From: Octopus vulgaris
Taxonomy: Eukaryota
Direction of reading: 5' to 3'
Assembly: GCA_951406725.2 (NCBI GenBank)
Contig: OX597834.1
Location: forward strand, 18,662,001 to 18,726,000
Length of the DNA stretch: 64,000 bases
This document shows, piece after piece, positions 41,896 through 53,827 of the stretch (position 1 is the first letter of the stretch; each line of letters begins with the position of its first letter). Made by a program: the position numbers and the translations under genes. Below the pieces are notes generated by a model. The model ran no database searches. It was not told the DNA's origin and saw only the letters and a list, made by a program, of their open reading frames with translations.

Positions 41896-42049
41896 TGTCA
41901 CAATCCTAATCTTCCACCTCTCCTTCCTCATTTTTGATAAGGCAATCTTAATATCAGTCATTTGTAATGTACCTTCCTTCCTTCCTTCCTTCCATCCATC
42001 CGTCCGTCCGTCCGTCCGTCCGTACGTACATACGTACATACGTTCTCCA

Positions 42050-42455
42050 AGGGTGTAAGGTTAGAGTTTGGTCAGGATAAATATTGTTATGTGGTTGTGG
42101 AAAGAGGGAAAACTCTAAACCCGACTAGTAACATCTCCATCAATGAATTGACTGTTTTCCCTGTATCTGACGAGGAATGATACGGGTATCTAGGGTTGGA
42201 CGAAAACATATTTCACAATGACATCTGTAACAAAATGCATGTCACTAAAGAATATTACAGCGGAATAATGAAAATTTGGCCTTCGGAACTCTCTGCATTC
42301 AATAAAATAATGGCCCACAATGTGTTTGCAGCGCCAGAACACATACCAACATTTGAATTACTTGATTGGACGCTTGATGAGATCCGAGCCATTGATGTGA
42401 AAAGCTTGAAGATACTAACAAGCACACATAATTTCCACATAAACAGTGACTCGTT
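42050..42455 (+). mobile_element. RLE-type LINE reverse-transcriptase fragment
   Basis: LEFGQDK...YGYLGLDENI...KIWPSELSAFNKIMAHNVFA...WTLDEIRAIDVKSLKIL. Confidence 0.7.
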
Positions 42456-42782
42456 GTCTTGTGATTTGTACAGAGGTCGCACATTCTAGTAGCCCAATAA
42501 TTACAAGTATAAATCTGGACATGTAACCCGAGTGACACCTTGGGCATGTGTCATCTACTATAGCCTCGGGCCGACCAAAGCTTTGCGAATGGATTCAGTG
42601 GACGGGAACTGAAAAAAGAAGTCCGTCGTATGATAGATTAAGTACCTGGCAACGACAAAAAAAAAAAAAGAAATGAATAAATGCTGGGGTCGATTGGTTC
42701 GACTAAAACCCTTTAAGGTGGTACCCCATCGGGGCCGTAGTCAGTATCTGGAATTAGTGAATTATAAAACATATATATTCAT

Positions 42783-43191
42783 GAGGAGTGGCTGTGTGGT
42801 AAGTAGCTTGCTAACCAACCACATGGTTCCGGGTTCAGTCCCACTGCGTGGCACCTTGGGCAAGTGTCTTCTGCTATAGCCTCGGACCAACCAATGACTT
42901 GTGAGTGGATTTGGTAGACAGAAACTGAAAGAAGCCTGTCGTATATATGTGTATATATATGTATGTATGTGTGTGTATGTGTTTGTGTGTCTGTGTTTGT
43001 CCCCCTAGCATTGCTTGACAACCGATGCTGGTGTGTTTACGTCCCCGTTACTTAGCGGTTCGGCAAAAGAGACCGATAGAATAAGTACTGGGCTTACAAA
43101 GAATAAGTCCCGGGGTCGATTTGCTCGACTAAAGGCGGTTATTTAGCATGGCCGCAGTCAAATGACTGAAACAAGTAAAAGAGTAAAAGAG
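42783..43191 (+). mobile_element. SINE family A
   Basis: Full length; shares its 3' flank with the 38341 copy. Confidence 0.92.
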
Positions 43192-43697
43192 ATCTATTCG
43201 TGCATATAGATCTATGTATGAAAGGGAACAATAATACTGTGTTTTGTTGCAACATTTTACAGAGTTGCTTAATGTATCGCTTTTTGCGTTGTCATTGAGG
43301 TCAAGTATCATTAAAAGCTCTTTTCGCAAAGACGTTTTATGCCTATCTTCCTGATTGAATCCTCAACATATCATTTTCACCCTATTTTTATACTCACAAC
43401 TTTCTCGATTACTCTCTTCCTCTCTCTTTCTAATCTGCCCATTTTACCAAATCTTCTTCTCCTGTTTTTCTTCCTGCCTACACTGAACGAAAAAAGAAAT
43501 CATACAACTTCAATGTTACAATTAACAAGGTGGCCTACCCACCAGACCTGCACTCTCCTCAGCAGTGTATAATGGAAGGCAAAGTTTACGCTATCGGAAG
43601 AATATCGTCTTCTTCCATCATCTTTTTGTTCTTCGTGTAGTTCAGACTTCCGGCAGGCGAAGAGAGAAAGCTTCAAGTACAAAAGCTATTTACAACT

Positions 43698-44290
43698 GAG
43701 GCGGTGATTTGGCAGAAACGTTAGCACGCTGGGCGAAATGCGTAGCCGTATTTCGTCTGCCGTTACGTTCTGAGTTCAAATTCCGCCGAGATCGACTTTG
43801 CCTTTCATCCTTTCGGGGTCAATAAATTAAGTACCAGTTCAATGGGGGTCGATGTAATCGACTCAATCCGTTTGTCTGTTCTTGTTTGTCCTCTCTGTGT
43901 TTAGCCCCTTGTGGGTAGTAAAGAAATAGGTATTTCTTCTGCCGTTACGTTCTGAGTTCAAATTCCGCCGAGATCGACTTTGCCTTTCATCCTTTCGGGG
44001 TCAATAAATTAAGTACCAGTTCACTGGGGTCGATGTAATCGACTCAATCCGTTTGTCTGTCCTTGTTTGTCCTCTCTGTGTTTAGCCCCTTGTGGGTAGT
44101 AAAGAAATAGGTATTTCGTCTGCCGTTACGTTCTGAGTTCAAATTCCGCCGAGGTCGACTTTGCCTTTTATCCTTTCGAGGACAATAAATTAAGTACCAG
44201 TTCATTGGGATCGATGTAATCGACTTAATCCGTTTGTCTGTCCTTGTTTGTCCTCTGTGTTTAGCCCCTTGTGGACAGTAAAGAAATATA
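43698..44290 (+). mobile_element. SINE family B with three tandem ~182-bp body units
   Basis: Single head, then body restarts at ~43929 and ~44110. Confidence 0.9.
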
Positions 44291-44329
44291 TTATTTACAG
44301 GATTCACAGGATAGGTGTAGTGTGCTGCT

Positions 44330-44968
44330 CTCAGCTACCATCTTTAGCTGTGTGCGTTGTGTAGTAGCTCCGTTAGTACGGGCGTATTTCCTCTGGAGAT
44401 GCAACATATAAACAGGTCCAGCCAGTGGTGGTGTTCAGCCAGCGCTGCTTGTGAAGTGGCGCCAAAAAGAGAGATTTGAATCGGGTTTTCCCTTTATATA
44501 GTTTTCCATTGCGAGCTTCGTTGTGATCTCGAGCATGGCAAATGGATGCAGGTAAGGTCTCGCTCCAGTCTTGGAGATAGCAATGGCTGCCGCGAGATCT
44601 CATCCAAAATGGCGCTGACTGCTTGTGCCGCTACAAGTGTATGAATGCTTGGCAGATCAGCTCGAGAGAGGAGCGCCGTGCCTGAGACCTTGTCAGGTAA
44701 TTTTCAACAGCTTTCTCAGAAAGTTCATGTGGAAATCGTTTAGCTGTATGGAGTTGCGTTCGTAAATTGTCCAAGTCTCGCAGGTACACTGTAGTGAAGG
44801 CAGTACAGCTGTTTGGTAAACCCTCAACTTGGTGGCCGGCCTAATGCCTCTCCTTTCTGATACTGATTCACGTAGCCGTCCGAATGCTGAGTTTTCCTTT
44901 GCGATGCGTGAGTCGACTTTGACGTCACTGTTTACAGATCTGGAGAGTGTGCTATCAAGGTACGTGAA

Positions 44969-44970
<2 letters not shown>
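44330..44970 (-). mobile_element. RTE LINE fragment
   Basis: - strand KFTYLDSTL...RIAKENSAFGRLRE. Confidence 0.7.
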
Positions 44971-45052
<82 letters not shown>

Positions 45053-45418
45053 GCAAGATTTTTATGTGAAGTCGTGTGTAGAAAGAAGAAAACAAAGGAC
45101 TACTGATGCGGTCACAGGAGTGTGACGAAAGAACTCTGGCCGAAATAAGATTAAGTTTAATGTAAAAAATAAATAACACTGAAGCAAAATAACACCAAAT
45201 ATATAGTGCGTGTGTTTTTATTGGCTAAACTGGCAAAATGACCATTCCGAAATATAACAATATATATATATATATATATAATAAGAAATAACGATGCTCT
45301 CCACTCCAGGCCATGGTGAGTACTCGCTGAAACAGGAAGAAAATGGCATTTAATGAACTTCATAGAAACACAGCTTTTTCATGCATCTTCATGTGTTTGT
45401 TTTTTATTATCCTTTGTG

Positions 45419-45482
<64 letters not shown>

Positions 45483-45840
45483 TTATAAAATGAGATAGGG
45501 GTTGAAAATTCAACCCACCATGGGATAACATATATCCAATATACTGCTAGATAGGTACCCAACAAGACTAATACATAGATGTTAAAAATTGCCAAACAAT
45601 CAGTTCATCTATTGTATTATATGGGTAAAGGTAATAATATTACCGTAAATTAATACTACAAAATTAGAAAATGGAGAAACATACCTAAATCAATAAAACA
45701 TCAACTATCAGATGATACCCAATCAATACTTTATTACACCATTACATATCAGTTAAGGCATTATACAAAATATACAGTAAATGTAATAGACAAAGAGATA
45801 TAAGTATAAAATTTAAAATATAATATGTAATTAAATCAAA

Positions 45841-45950
45841 TCTGACAGCTGTTTCGGCAGCGAGGGCAGTCATACCTCATTTAACCTATAAGCCATAAAG
45901 GCAGGTATAAATGAGGCATTAACAAGGATGCCCCACGGCCTCTTCAGAGA
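45841..45950 (-). ncRNA. Type I hammerhead ribozyme with long stem II
   Basis: - strand: TCT-CTGAAGA-GGC...(ATGCCTCATTTA/TAAATGAGGTAT, GGGCA/TGCCC)...GCC-GAAAC-AGCT-GTC-AGA; palindromic stem III, GUC triplet; stem I short. Confidence 0.75.
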
Positions 45951-45964
45951 ATTATATATATGTT

Positions 45965-46018
<54 letters not shown>

Positions 46019-46352
46019 CATATATACATACATATACACATACGCACACGCACACACACACACATATATATATATATGTATTTATGTATGTATATATATA
46101 TACATATTTCACTGAATGCTCGAAATGAGGAGTAGATGGACAGCCGACAACTGATGAAGGGTCTTTGCTCTGTGTTAACCTGTTCTGTTTTCCATTTTTT
46201 TCTCTTTGTTTACGTATTTCAATTTATTGGTACCGTTGGTGACACCCTGTACCCATATACGCATGTGTGTGTGTATATATATATATATAATATAATATTA
46301 TTTATTATTATTATTATTATTAGTTGTAGTAGTAGTAGTATATATACACATT

Positions 46353-46401
<49 letters not shown>

Positions 46402-46442
46402 ATACAAACATACATACATGCATAAATACAAACATATATATA

Positions 46443-47163
46443 TAATTCATTAATAGCGAAACAATTGTCCCAAAATAATCTGTATTTTTGTTATTTTTTA
46501 TTTGCCCTGTCCGTGTGAGCTAACAATCGTACTGACTTTCATGGGAAACATGTATTTTTGTGGTTGAAACCTTTTGGATTAACTGGTGCTAGAGTGAGCC
46601 ATATAGTGACCACTCTCTTATATTTATTTTGTAAAAATATTATAATATATTATAAAATATTATAATAATCCAGGTTTCTCGAGCACTAGGCCACTTGGTG
46701 TTGAATAGATATACTATTAAATTAGTATCTAATTCTCTCACCCTTATTAATTAATTATAATTATGCTGCATTTATTTCTAAATGCTGTATTTGTTTTCCG
46801 TGAAAGTTTGGCGCGCTGTTAGTTGGGGCATTTGAATTATAACGTCGGATGTAATCAATTGAACCACACGCGTATTTATCGTTATGGTAAAATCTGGCGT
46901 GTGATTGAGTGGATTTCATCCAGATAGTTTTGGCTGACGAGCTACAAGTGGATTTTTTTGTAAGTAAAATTACATTTAATTCATTAATAGCGAAACAATT
47001 GTCCCAAAATAATCTGTATTTTTGTTATTTTTTATTTGCCCTGTCCGTGTGAGCTAACAATCGTACTGACTTTCATGGGAAACATGTATTTTTGTGGTTG
47101 AAACCTTTTGATTAACTGGTGCTAGAGTGAGCCATATAGTGACCACTCTCTTATATTTATTTT
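46443..47163 (+). mobile_element. Retrozyme-like / non-autonomous Penelope-like element with ~188-bp direct repeats
   Basis: Direct repeats 46443-46630 and 46977-47163 (offset 534 nt), hammerhead across the second repeat start, flanked by (TA)n. Confidence 0.65.
46928..47009 (+). ncRNA. Type I hammerhead ribozyme, canonical core
   Basis: Stem I TTTTGG/CCAAAA; core CTGACGA (46934-46940); stem II GCTA...TAGC with extended hairpin; GAAAC-AATT-GTC (46992-47003) giving palindromic stem III ACAATTGT and a GUC cleavage triplet. Confidence 0.85.
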
Positions 47164-47203
47164 ATATATATATATATATATACAAACATATATATATACA
47201 TAC

Positions 47204-47256
<53 letters not shown>

Positions 47257-47260
<4 letters not shown>

Positions 47261-47640
47261 TTCCAAACATGAAAACAGAAAGAGAAAACACAACAACGCA
47301 AGGACGTGGAACAAATATTGTATTATTGGACGCTCAGGAAGGAAGGGAAGAAGGAGGGTTTGACGTTTCGAGCGGAGCTCTTCGTCAGAAACATAGGAAA
47401 AGGAAAGATCCAGAGAAGGGAAGACGGAGTAAAAAAAATCGCCAACGGTACACACGCGGTCACATTCCACAGATAGGATTCAGAGATTCTTCGTATGGAC
47501 GATGCTTAATAGTGTTCGGAAGACTTGAACTTTCCGATGTGTTTGCAAGGCATCAGCTCTGCAAGGTAAGGAAAGCTATGATAGGGATCAAGTTGAGCAG
47601 GTACAGAGGCAATTAGGCGGATAAACCAATTAGACTCTCC
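47257..47640 (-). mobile_element. Penelope-like element 3' fragment
   Basis: Remnant ORF end (...AELMPCKHIGKFK...) similar to PLE C-terminal CxHxxKF, followed by a minimal hammerhead and ending in (TA)n. Confidence 0.5.
47358..47392 (-). ncRNA. Minimal hammerhead ribozyme (Penelope-type)
   Basis: - strand: GTTT-CTGACGA-A-GAGC-TCC-GCTC-GAAAC-GTC-AAAC; stems I and II pair, stem III is reduced to the ACGT palindrome. Confidence 0.7.
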
Positions 47641-47733
47641 AAATATATTTAATATGTTATATCTAATATAATTAATATATTTAAAGTGTCTAATTTGTTT
47701 GTCCGCATAATTGCCTCTCTCTATATAATATCT

Positions 47734-47850
47734 ATGTTCCGGGTTCAGTCCCCCTGCATGGCATCTTGGGCAAGTGTCTTCTACTATAACCTCGGGCCGA
47801 CCAACGTCTTGTGGGTGAATTTGGTAGACGGAAACTGAAAGAAGCCCGTC

Positions 47851-47914
<64 letters not shown>

Positions 47915-48110
47915 TTATCTGTGTGTGTCCTCCCAACATCGCTTGACAACTGTGTGTTTACGTCCCCGTAACTTAGCGGTTCAGCAAAAGAAACCGATAG
48001 AATAAGTACTAGGCTTACAAAGAGTAAGTCCTAGGGTCGATTTGCTCGACTAAACGCGGTGCTCCAGCCTAGCCGCAGTCAAAAGTGACTGAAACAAGTA
48101 AAAGAATAAA
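47734..48110 (+). mobile_element. SINE family A (5' truncated)
   Basis: B-box to tail. Confidence 0.88.
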
Positions 48111-48152
48111 ATAATATGTATAAGTATGAATGCATACATGCATGTATATATG

Positions 48153-48201
<49 letters not shown>

Positions 48202-48280
48202 CTCCGAATGATCCGTCCTTGTTTTCCTTTTTTTATTTCACCTAACTGTCTGGATATTTTGCGTTCTTATCCCATTTTGG

Positions 48281-48337
<57 letters not shown>

Positions 48338-48342
48338 CACAC

Positions 48343-48454
<112 letters not shown>

Positions 48455-48492
48455 CACACACACACACACACGTATTGCGAGCGCTCGCACTC

Positions 48493-48520
<28 letters not shown>

Positions 48521-48523
<3 letters not shown>

Positions 48524-48662
48524 GGTTGTCCCAAAAGTTCGTAGAAAGTCTTGGAAAATAATGGTCTTTATTTTGAAGAATAATTTTTGTTGTTTTTGTT
48601 AGTACTTGGCGAGTAAAAATTCAATTTTCGAAAGTGTTTACGAACTTTTGGGACAACCTAAT
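48521..48662. mobile_element. Tc1/mariner MITE in (TA)n
   Basis: TIRs AGGTTGTCCCAAAAGTTCGTA / TACGAACTTTTGGGACAACCT. Confidence 0.85.
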
Positions 48663-48807
48663 ATATATATATATATATATATATGGCCTGCTCGCTTAGC
48701 CAGCGGGGTGGCGTCATTTGAAGGCTAAAAACAATGCAAAGCGCATTGTGACTAGCGATGTGTAGCAGCATCTGATAGCCTGGTCGGTCACGGTGATATA
48801 TATATAT

Positions 48808-48859
<52 letters not shown>

Positions 48860-48994
48860 GTATAGAGAGAAAAGAGAATGAGAATTGAGAGTAAAAAACG
48901 TTTATAATTCAATCGTGTAGGTAAGAGTAAAATGTCTTCGTGACAAGAGCGTTAATTATATCGTGACGGCAAGGAGGAAAAGCGATACCTATCA

Positions 48995-50470
48995 AAATTA
49001 CACTAATTCCATGTAATGTTATACCAAACATATATTGTTTTCCAATATTAATTTCAAATCAACACACGTAGTTAGATTTGTTTATTTATTTGTGGATTTA
49101 CTTAAGTCATTGAAGGGTGTCCATGATAGGTTTTATTACTAGTGTTTATTACTAGTAATATGCATGGCTAAAATTGCTGTTCCTTTTCAGATAGCATGAG
49201 AAAAAGATAATTAAAATTCATTAAAATGACAGATCTATCAGACTTTCAAAGAGGTCAAATTGTTGGTGCTCGTATGGCAGGCGCTAGCGTAAAGAAAGCA
49301 ACCGAAATGCTTGGTGTATCAAGAAGTGTTGACTCGAAAGAAATGGCAGACTTTGAGATAGGGAAAAACCTCCTCGTCGAGACAAAACTCCAGAAGAAAA
49401 CCAAAACTTTCAGATAGGGACCGTCGGACTCTTACGCGAATTGTTAGAAAGGATCACAAAAGTACAGCTCCCAAAATTACTGCAGTGCTTAATGACCACC
49501 TCGAGAACCCAGTTTCCACAAAAACTGTTTGCCGGAAGCTGCACACAGCCAGATTTCAAGGGAAGGCTGCAATCAGAAAACCATTACTTTCAAAAACAAA
49601 CTTTGCAAAGCGTTTAGAGTGGAGTTAAAAACCTACAGAATTGGTCCCTAGAGCAATGGAAGAATGTTATTTTCTCGGACGAGTCATCCTTTACCTTATT
49701 TTCGACCACCGGCCGAGTATACGTGTAGAGGCAGCCAAAAGAAGCATTTGGTCCAGACTGCTTTCTTCTAACTGTTAAACATGGAGGAGGATCTGTGATG
49801 ATCTAGGGGGCTATATCTTGGAATTCAGCCGGTCCAATGGTTTCCCATCACGGCAGAATCAATAGTCAGACTAAGCATTTTATCTAATCAAATTCATGCT
49901 ATGGTGGCGGAACTGTTTCCGGAGGGAAACGCAATCATTCATCATGATAATGCCCCAATTCATACAGCTAAAGTTGTTACTGAATGGCACGAGGAACATT
50001 CTAGAGAAATTGAACATCTTGGTTGATAACTTTGTGGGTGTTTACCAAGTCCATCGCTTATCAACCATCGTACAAACAATAACTCTGAGCACCTTTTCAA
50101 ACTCCACCCATCTAACACCCGTGGACATATTTACAAAGTAAGAAAACAGCACAGCTCCCATGACTTCAGGAAACATTTTTTCATGCTGAGAGTTGCTGAA
50201 GTATGGAACAAACTGCCGGCATCAGTTGTTAGTTGTCGGAGCACTGCATCCTTCAAAACTTCCATGCTTTCTGAGATTCGCCAACACTACACCTGATTTT
50301 CTCCCCTCCATGTATCTGACTCATACATTGTTCGCTTTCCAGACATTTCTACATTACTGCATGTACTTTATATGCACTGTCTGACAAGTTGTGGTGCACC
50401 TGAGCACTGTATACAATAATTTCATTATTATTATTTATTTTATATCTTATCTGACCACCACAGTCCTGAA
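48995..50470 (+). mobile_element. Decayed Tc1 transposon interrupted by a CR1/L2 LINE 3' end (50021-50436)
   Basis: MTDLSDFQRGQIVGAR, WKNVIFSDESSF, HDNAPIH; WPPQSP-like codons resume at ~50445 after an insert encoding LRVAEVWNKLP with an (ATT)n tail. Confidence 0.85.
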
Positions 50471-50844
50471 CTTTTCCAAGTGTTATAACTTGTCCTGTAC
50501 TTTTCCAGATTTATAATCTTAAGAATATTATTTCTCTTGCTCGCATTTTCCCATGTAATATAAATATGCATGCATATCCACACCAGGTCTGGGAATCGAA
50601 ACCGCGATCCTACGACCGCGAGTCCGCTGCCCTAACCACTGGGCCATTGCGCCTCCTGTTAGCTCATAAAAACACTGCCAAACACAAGAAAGCTTTTGAT
50701 TGTGTGAAATCTACTATTAAATTAAATTAATTTATTGTTAAAAAAAACAGATGATACAATAAATGAAAAAGTAGCTATGGCAGACTTGCTACTGACAGGT
50801 CATGTTGCTGAACATCACGTACTTTTCATCCATATAAATTACTT

Positions 50845-51242
50845 ACTCTTACTCTTTTACTTGTTTCAGTCATTTGACTGCGGCCATGCTGGAGCACCGC
50901 CTTTAGTTGAGGAAATCAACCCCAGGACTTATTCTTTGTAAGCCTAGTACTTACTCTATCGGTCTCTTTTGCCGAACCGCTAAGTTACGGGGACGTAAAC
51001 ACACCAGCATCAGTTGTCAAGCGATGTTGGGGGGACAAACACAGACACACACATACATATATATATATATACATATATACGACAGGCTTCTTTCAGTTTC
51101 CGTCTACCAAATCCACTCACAAGGCTTTGGTCGGCCCGAGGCTATAGAAGAAGACACTTGCCCAAGGTGCCACGCAGTGGGACTGAACCCGGAACCATGT
51201 GGTTGGTAAGCAAACTACTTACCACACAGCCACTCCTGCGCC
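50845..51242 (-). mobile_element. SINE family A nested in hAT
   Basis: Full-length reverse complement. Confidence 0.92.
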
Positions 51243-51675
51243 TTAGTTGAAATTTATAAAAAGGCTTTTTCCGATAGTGAAATAGCTAAAAATCTACAAA
51301 AAACAAAAGACAAAAAAAAAACATTAAGCAAGACAGAATTGCACATTATGAATGAAATGAAATCTTGGAAATTCTCAAGAAACAAAAGTTTTCATCATTT
51401 GTAGATGGGAGTTCGGACATCTGTGACACGAACAATCGCTTAATGTCAAGGATGCTCTTCTGGATGCAATTGTAATAGAAAATGGTTCGTCTCAGGGTTT
51501 GTATGATGCTGACAAGTGTACGCTTACAAAAGAAGATGTATCTAGCAGCAACATACTTGGATTTGCCAGCGATAATTACTCAACAATGATGGGTAACAGG
51601 AGCGGGTTTCAAAAGTTATTCTGAAACAATATTCCGACTATTTACAATAGGCTGTGTTTGCTATTCGTTTGCACG

Positions 51676-52260
51676 GTGAGGCTGTACGAGTCACCCCCCC
51701 CCCCCAAAAAAAAACCGTGCTTTCGGATTTTTTTTTTTTCTTTCTCATCGGATTCCTAGGTTTTCGATGACGGAGATTCCGAATATGCAAAAAAATCACG
51801 TTTTCGAAATTTCGAATTCCCTCTCCCACCCGCCCAGTTTTTTTCATTTGTAACTTTTTTTTAATTTCTTTTTTTTTTTTCAATCTACGTGGAAAAATAC
51901 GTGCACAACAATCTCTACAGCTCACTGAAAATGAACGGCTGAGTGGCGAGGGGGTGTATGAATTAAATTTGAAGTTTTTCATATAATATTTGAAATTAAT
52001 TAATGTTTTGTTTGCCATATTGTTACTCTCCGTATTTTTCCCCGTAGACTGAAAAAAAAAAAAAATTTCGAAAAAAGTTTAAAATCAAGGCAGGGGTGGG
52101 AAGTGTGAATTAAAATTTTTGAAAACATGATTTTTTTTTTTTTTTTGCATATTCGGAATCTCCGTCATCGAAAACCAAGGAATCCGCTGAAGAAAAAAAA
52201 AATTCCGGAAGCTCGGTTTTTTTTTTCTGTAGTAATGGTGTGACTGTTGTACAGCTCCAC
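51676..52260. mobile_element. Fold-back MITE with ~170-bp TIRs
   Basis: GGTTTTCGATGACGGAGATTCCGAATATGCAAAA is mirrored by TTTTGCATATTCGGAATCTCCGTCATCGAAAACC; TTAA at the right flank. Confidence 0.85.
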
Positions 52261-53460
52261 TTAATATATAAAGGACTTAATTTCTTTCTTTTCTCGAAGT
52301 AGCAAACGTCAAAATGACTTCAATATGATACAGTGTTGTTGGCACAAAAGAAAACAAGATTCCAAAGCTTTCGCAAACTAGATCGTTGTCACGTGAAAAT
52401 GTGTTTAACGTTATAATAGAACCGTGGGATACTCCTTGTACTTTATTTTCAGTCAGAAGCTAAAGCAGAAAAAGTGGACGGAGCAAAAAGGATCTCTGAA
52501 ACAATGATTAACAAAGGGACGAAGCACATGGAACACTTTCGACTACAACTGTATCCAGTGAATATAAAAGTATCCTTAGTTGCTTTATAAAAGAGGATGT
52601 TTTAACTGTATCTAAATTATTAGATATTGATATTAATAGCACAACAAATCACAAAGATGAACAAAACCCCATCGTTGGTCACTCAGCAAGATGCAAAACC
52701 GATTGCAAAATTTTTTAATAGAATCATGCTCTCAAATAAAAACGCGCTTTCCTCTCGATGAAACTGGAGTATTTGGCCTCTTCGAAATACTTGATCCAAA
52801 AGTAGGGCAAGAGCTCATTAACTCTCCTCAGTCGATAATTCCCTTTCCAGCAAACACACTTGATGAACTAGACGATGAGTAGAGATTATTTCGGCAATAA
52901 CCAGAAACTCGAGTCCGTGTGTATCATAAGTTGAAGACGGGAAAGATGGCTTCCCTTTGCAAATACTGATAGGGCACAGAAAGTGTGTCTATGACCAGCT
53001 GGAGGAGGTGTCCTCCTGGGGCTACAAACTATAGTAGCATCCACCCTTAGGGGTTAGCCATATTTAAATGGCAAATATACGTCAGAAAGATATTCCTGTT
53101 TCCCCCAAAAGCATCCTTGAATTCTGGTATTCCATAGCAATCTTAAAGACGGATTTGACCACTCTAAATTTGAGAGGCTGTCACAATTCATGGCTAATTT
53201 AACAGTGTTACCTCATTCATCAGCGTGCGTGAAGCGCATATTTTCCCAAGTAAATTGCACAAGGTTCACTAATAGGTTGAAGGCCGAAACAATCACCAAT
53301 CGTCGCCTGCTGAACAAGCAATCACAAGAAAGGGTGAGTCATGCATTTCTTGGGAGCTGAATGCAATACTTATCAATGATGCAGTGGATAGGTCTTGCCA
53401 TCGTAGATATACGATTAGGCTGAACTTCAAAAACTTCAGAAAATGAGTCTAGCACCATTG

Positions 53461-53827
53461 GAAGCACTCCGTCGTTAACGACGATGAGGGTTCCGGTTGA
53501 TACGAATCAACGGAACAGCCTGCTCGTGAAATTAACGTCCAAGAACTGAGCACTCCACAGACACGTGCACCCTTAACGTAGTTCTCAGGGATATTCAGCG
53601 TGACACAGAGAGTGACAAGGCCGGCCCCTTGAAATACAGGTACAACAGAAACAGGAAGTAAGAGTGAGAGAAAGTTGTGGTGAAAGAGTACAGCAGGGAT
53701 CACCACCATCCCCTGCCGGAGCCTCGTGGAGCTTTTAGGTGTTTCCGCTCAATAAACACTCACAACGCCCGGTCTGGGAATCGAAACCGCGTGTCCGCTG
53801 CCCTAACCACTGGACCATTGCGCCTCC
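53461..53827 (-). mobile_element. SINE family C with 18-bp TSD
   Basis: TSD ATGAGTCTAGCACCATTG at 53443-53460 and 53828-53845. Confidence 0.95.

Noticed and set aside
46110-46170. GAAA...CTGATGA permuted hammerhead candidates (also ~15360-15405 minus and ~10195-10245)
   Set aside because: Core boxes are present but stems could not be paired convincingly by eye; needs a family consensus.
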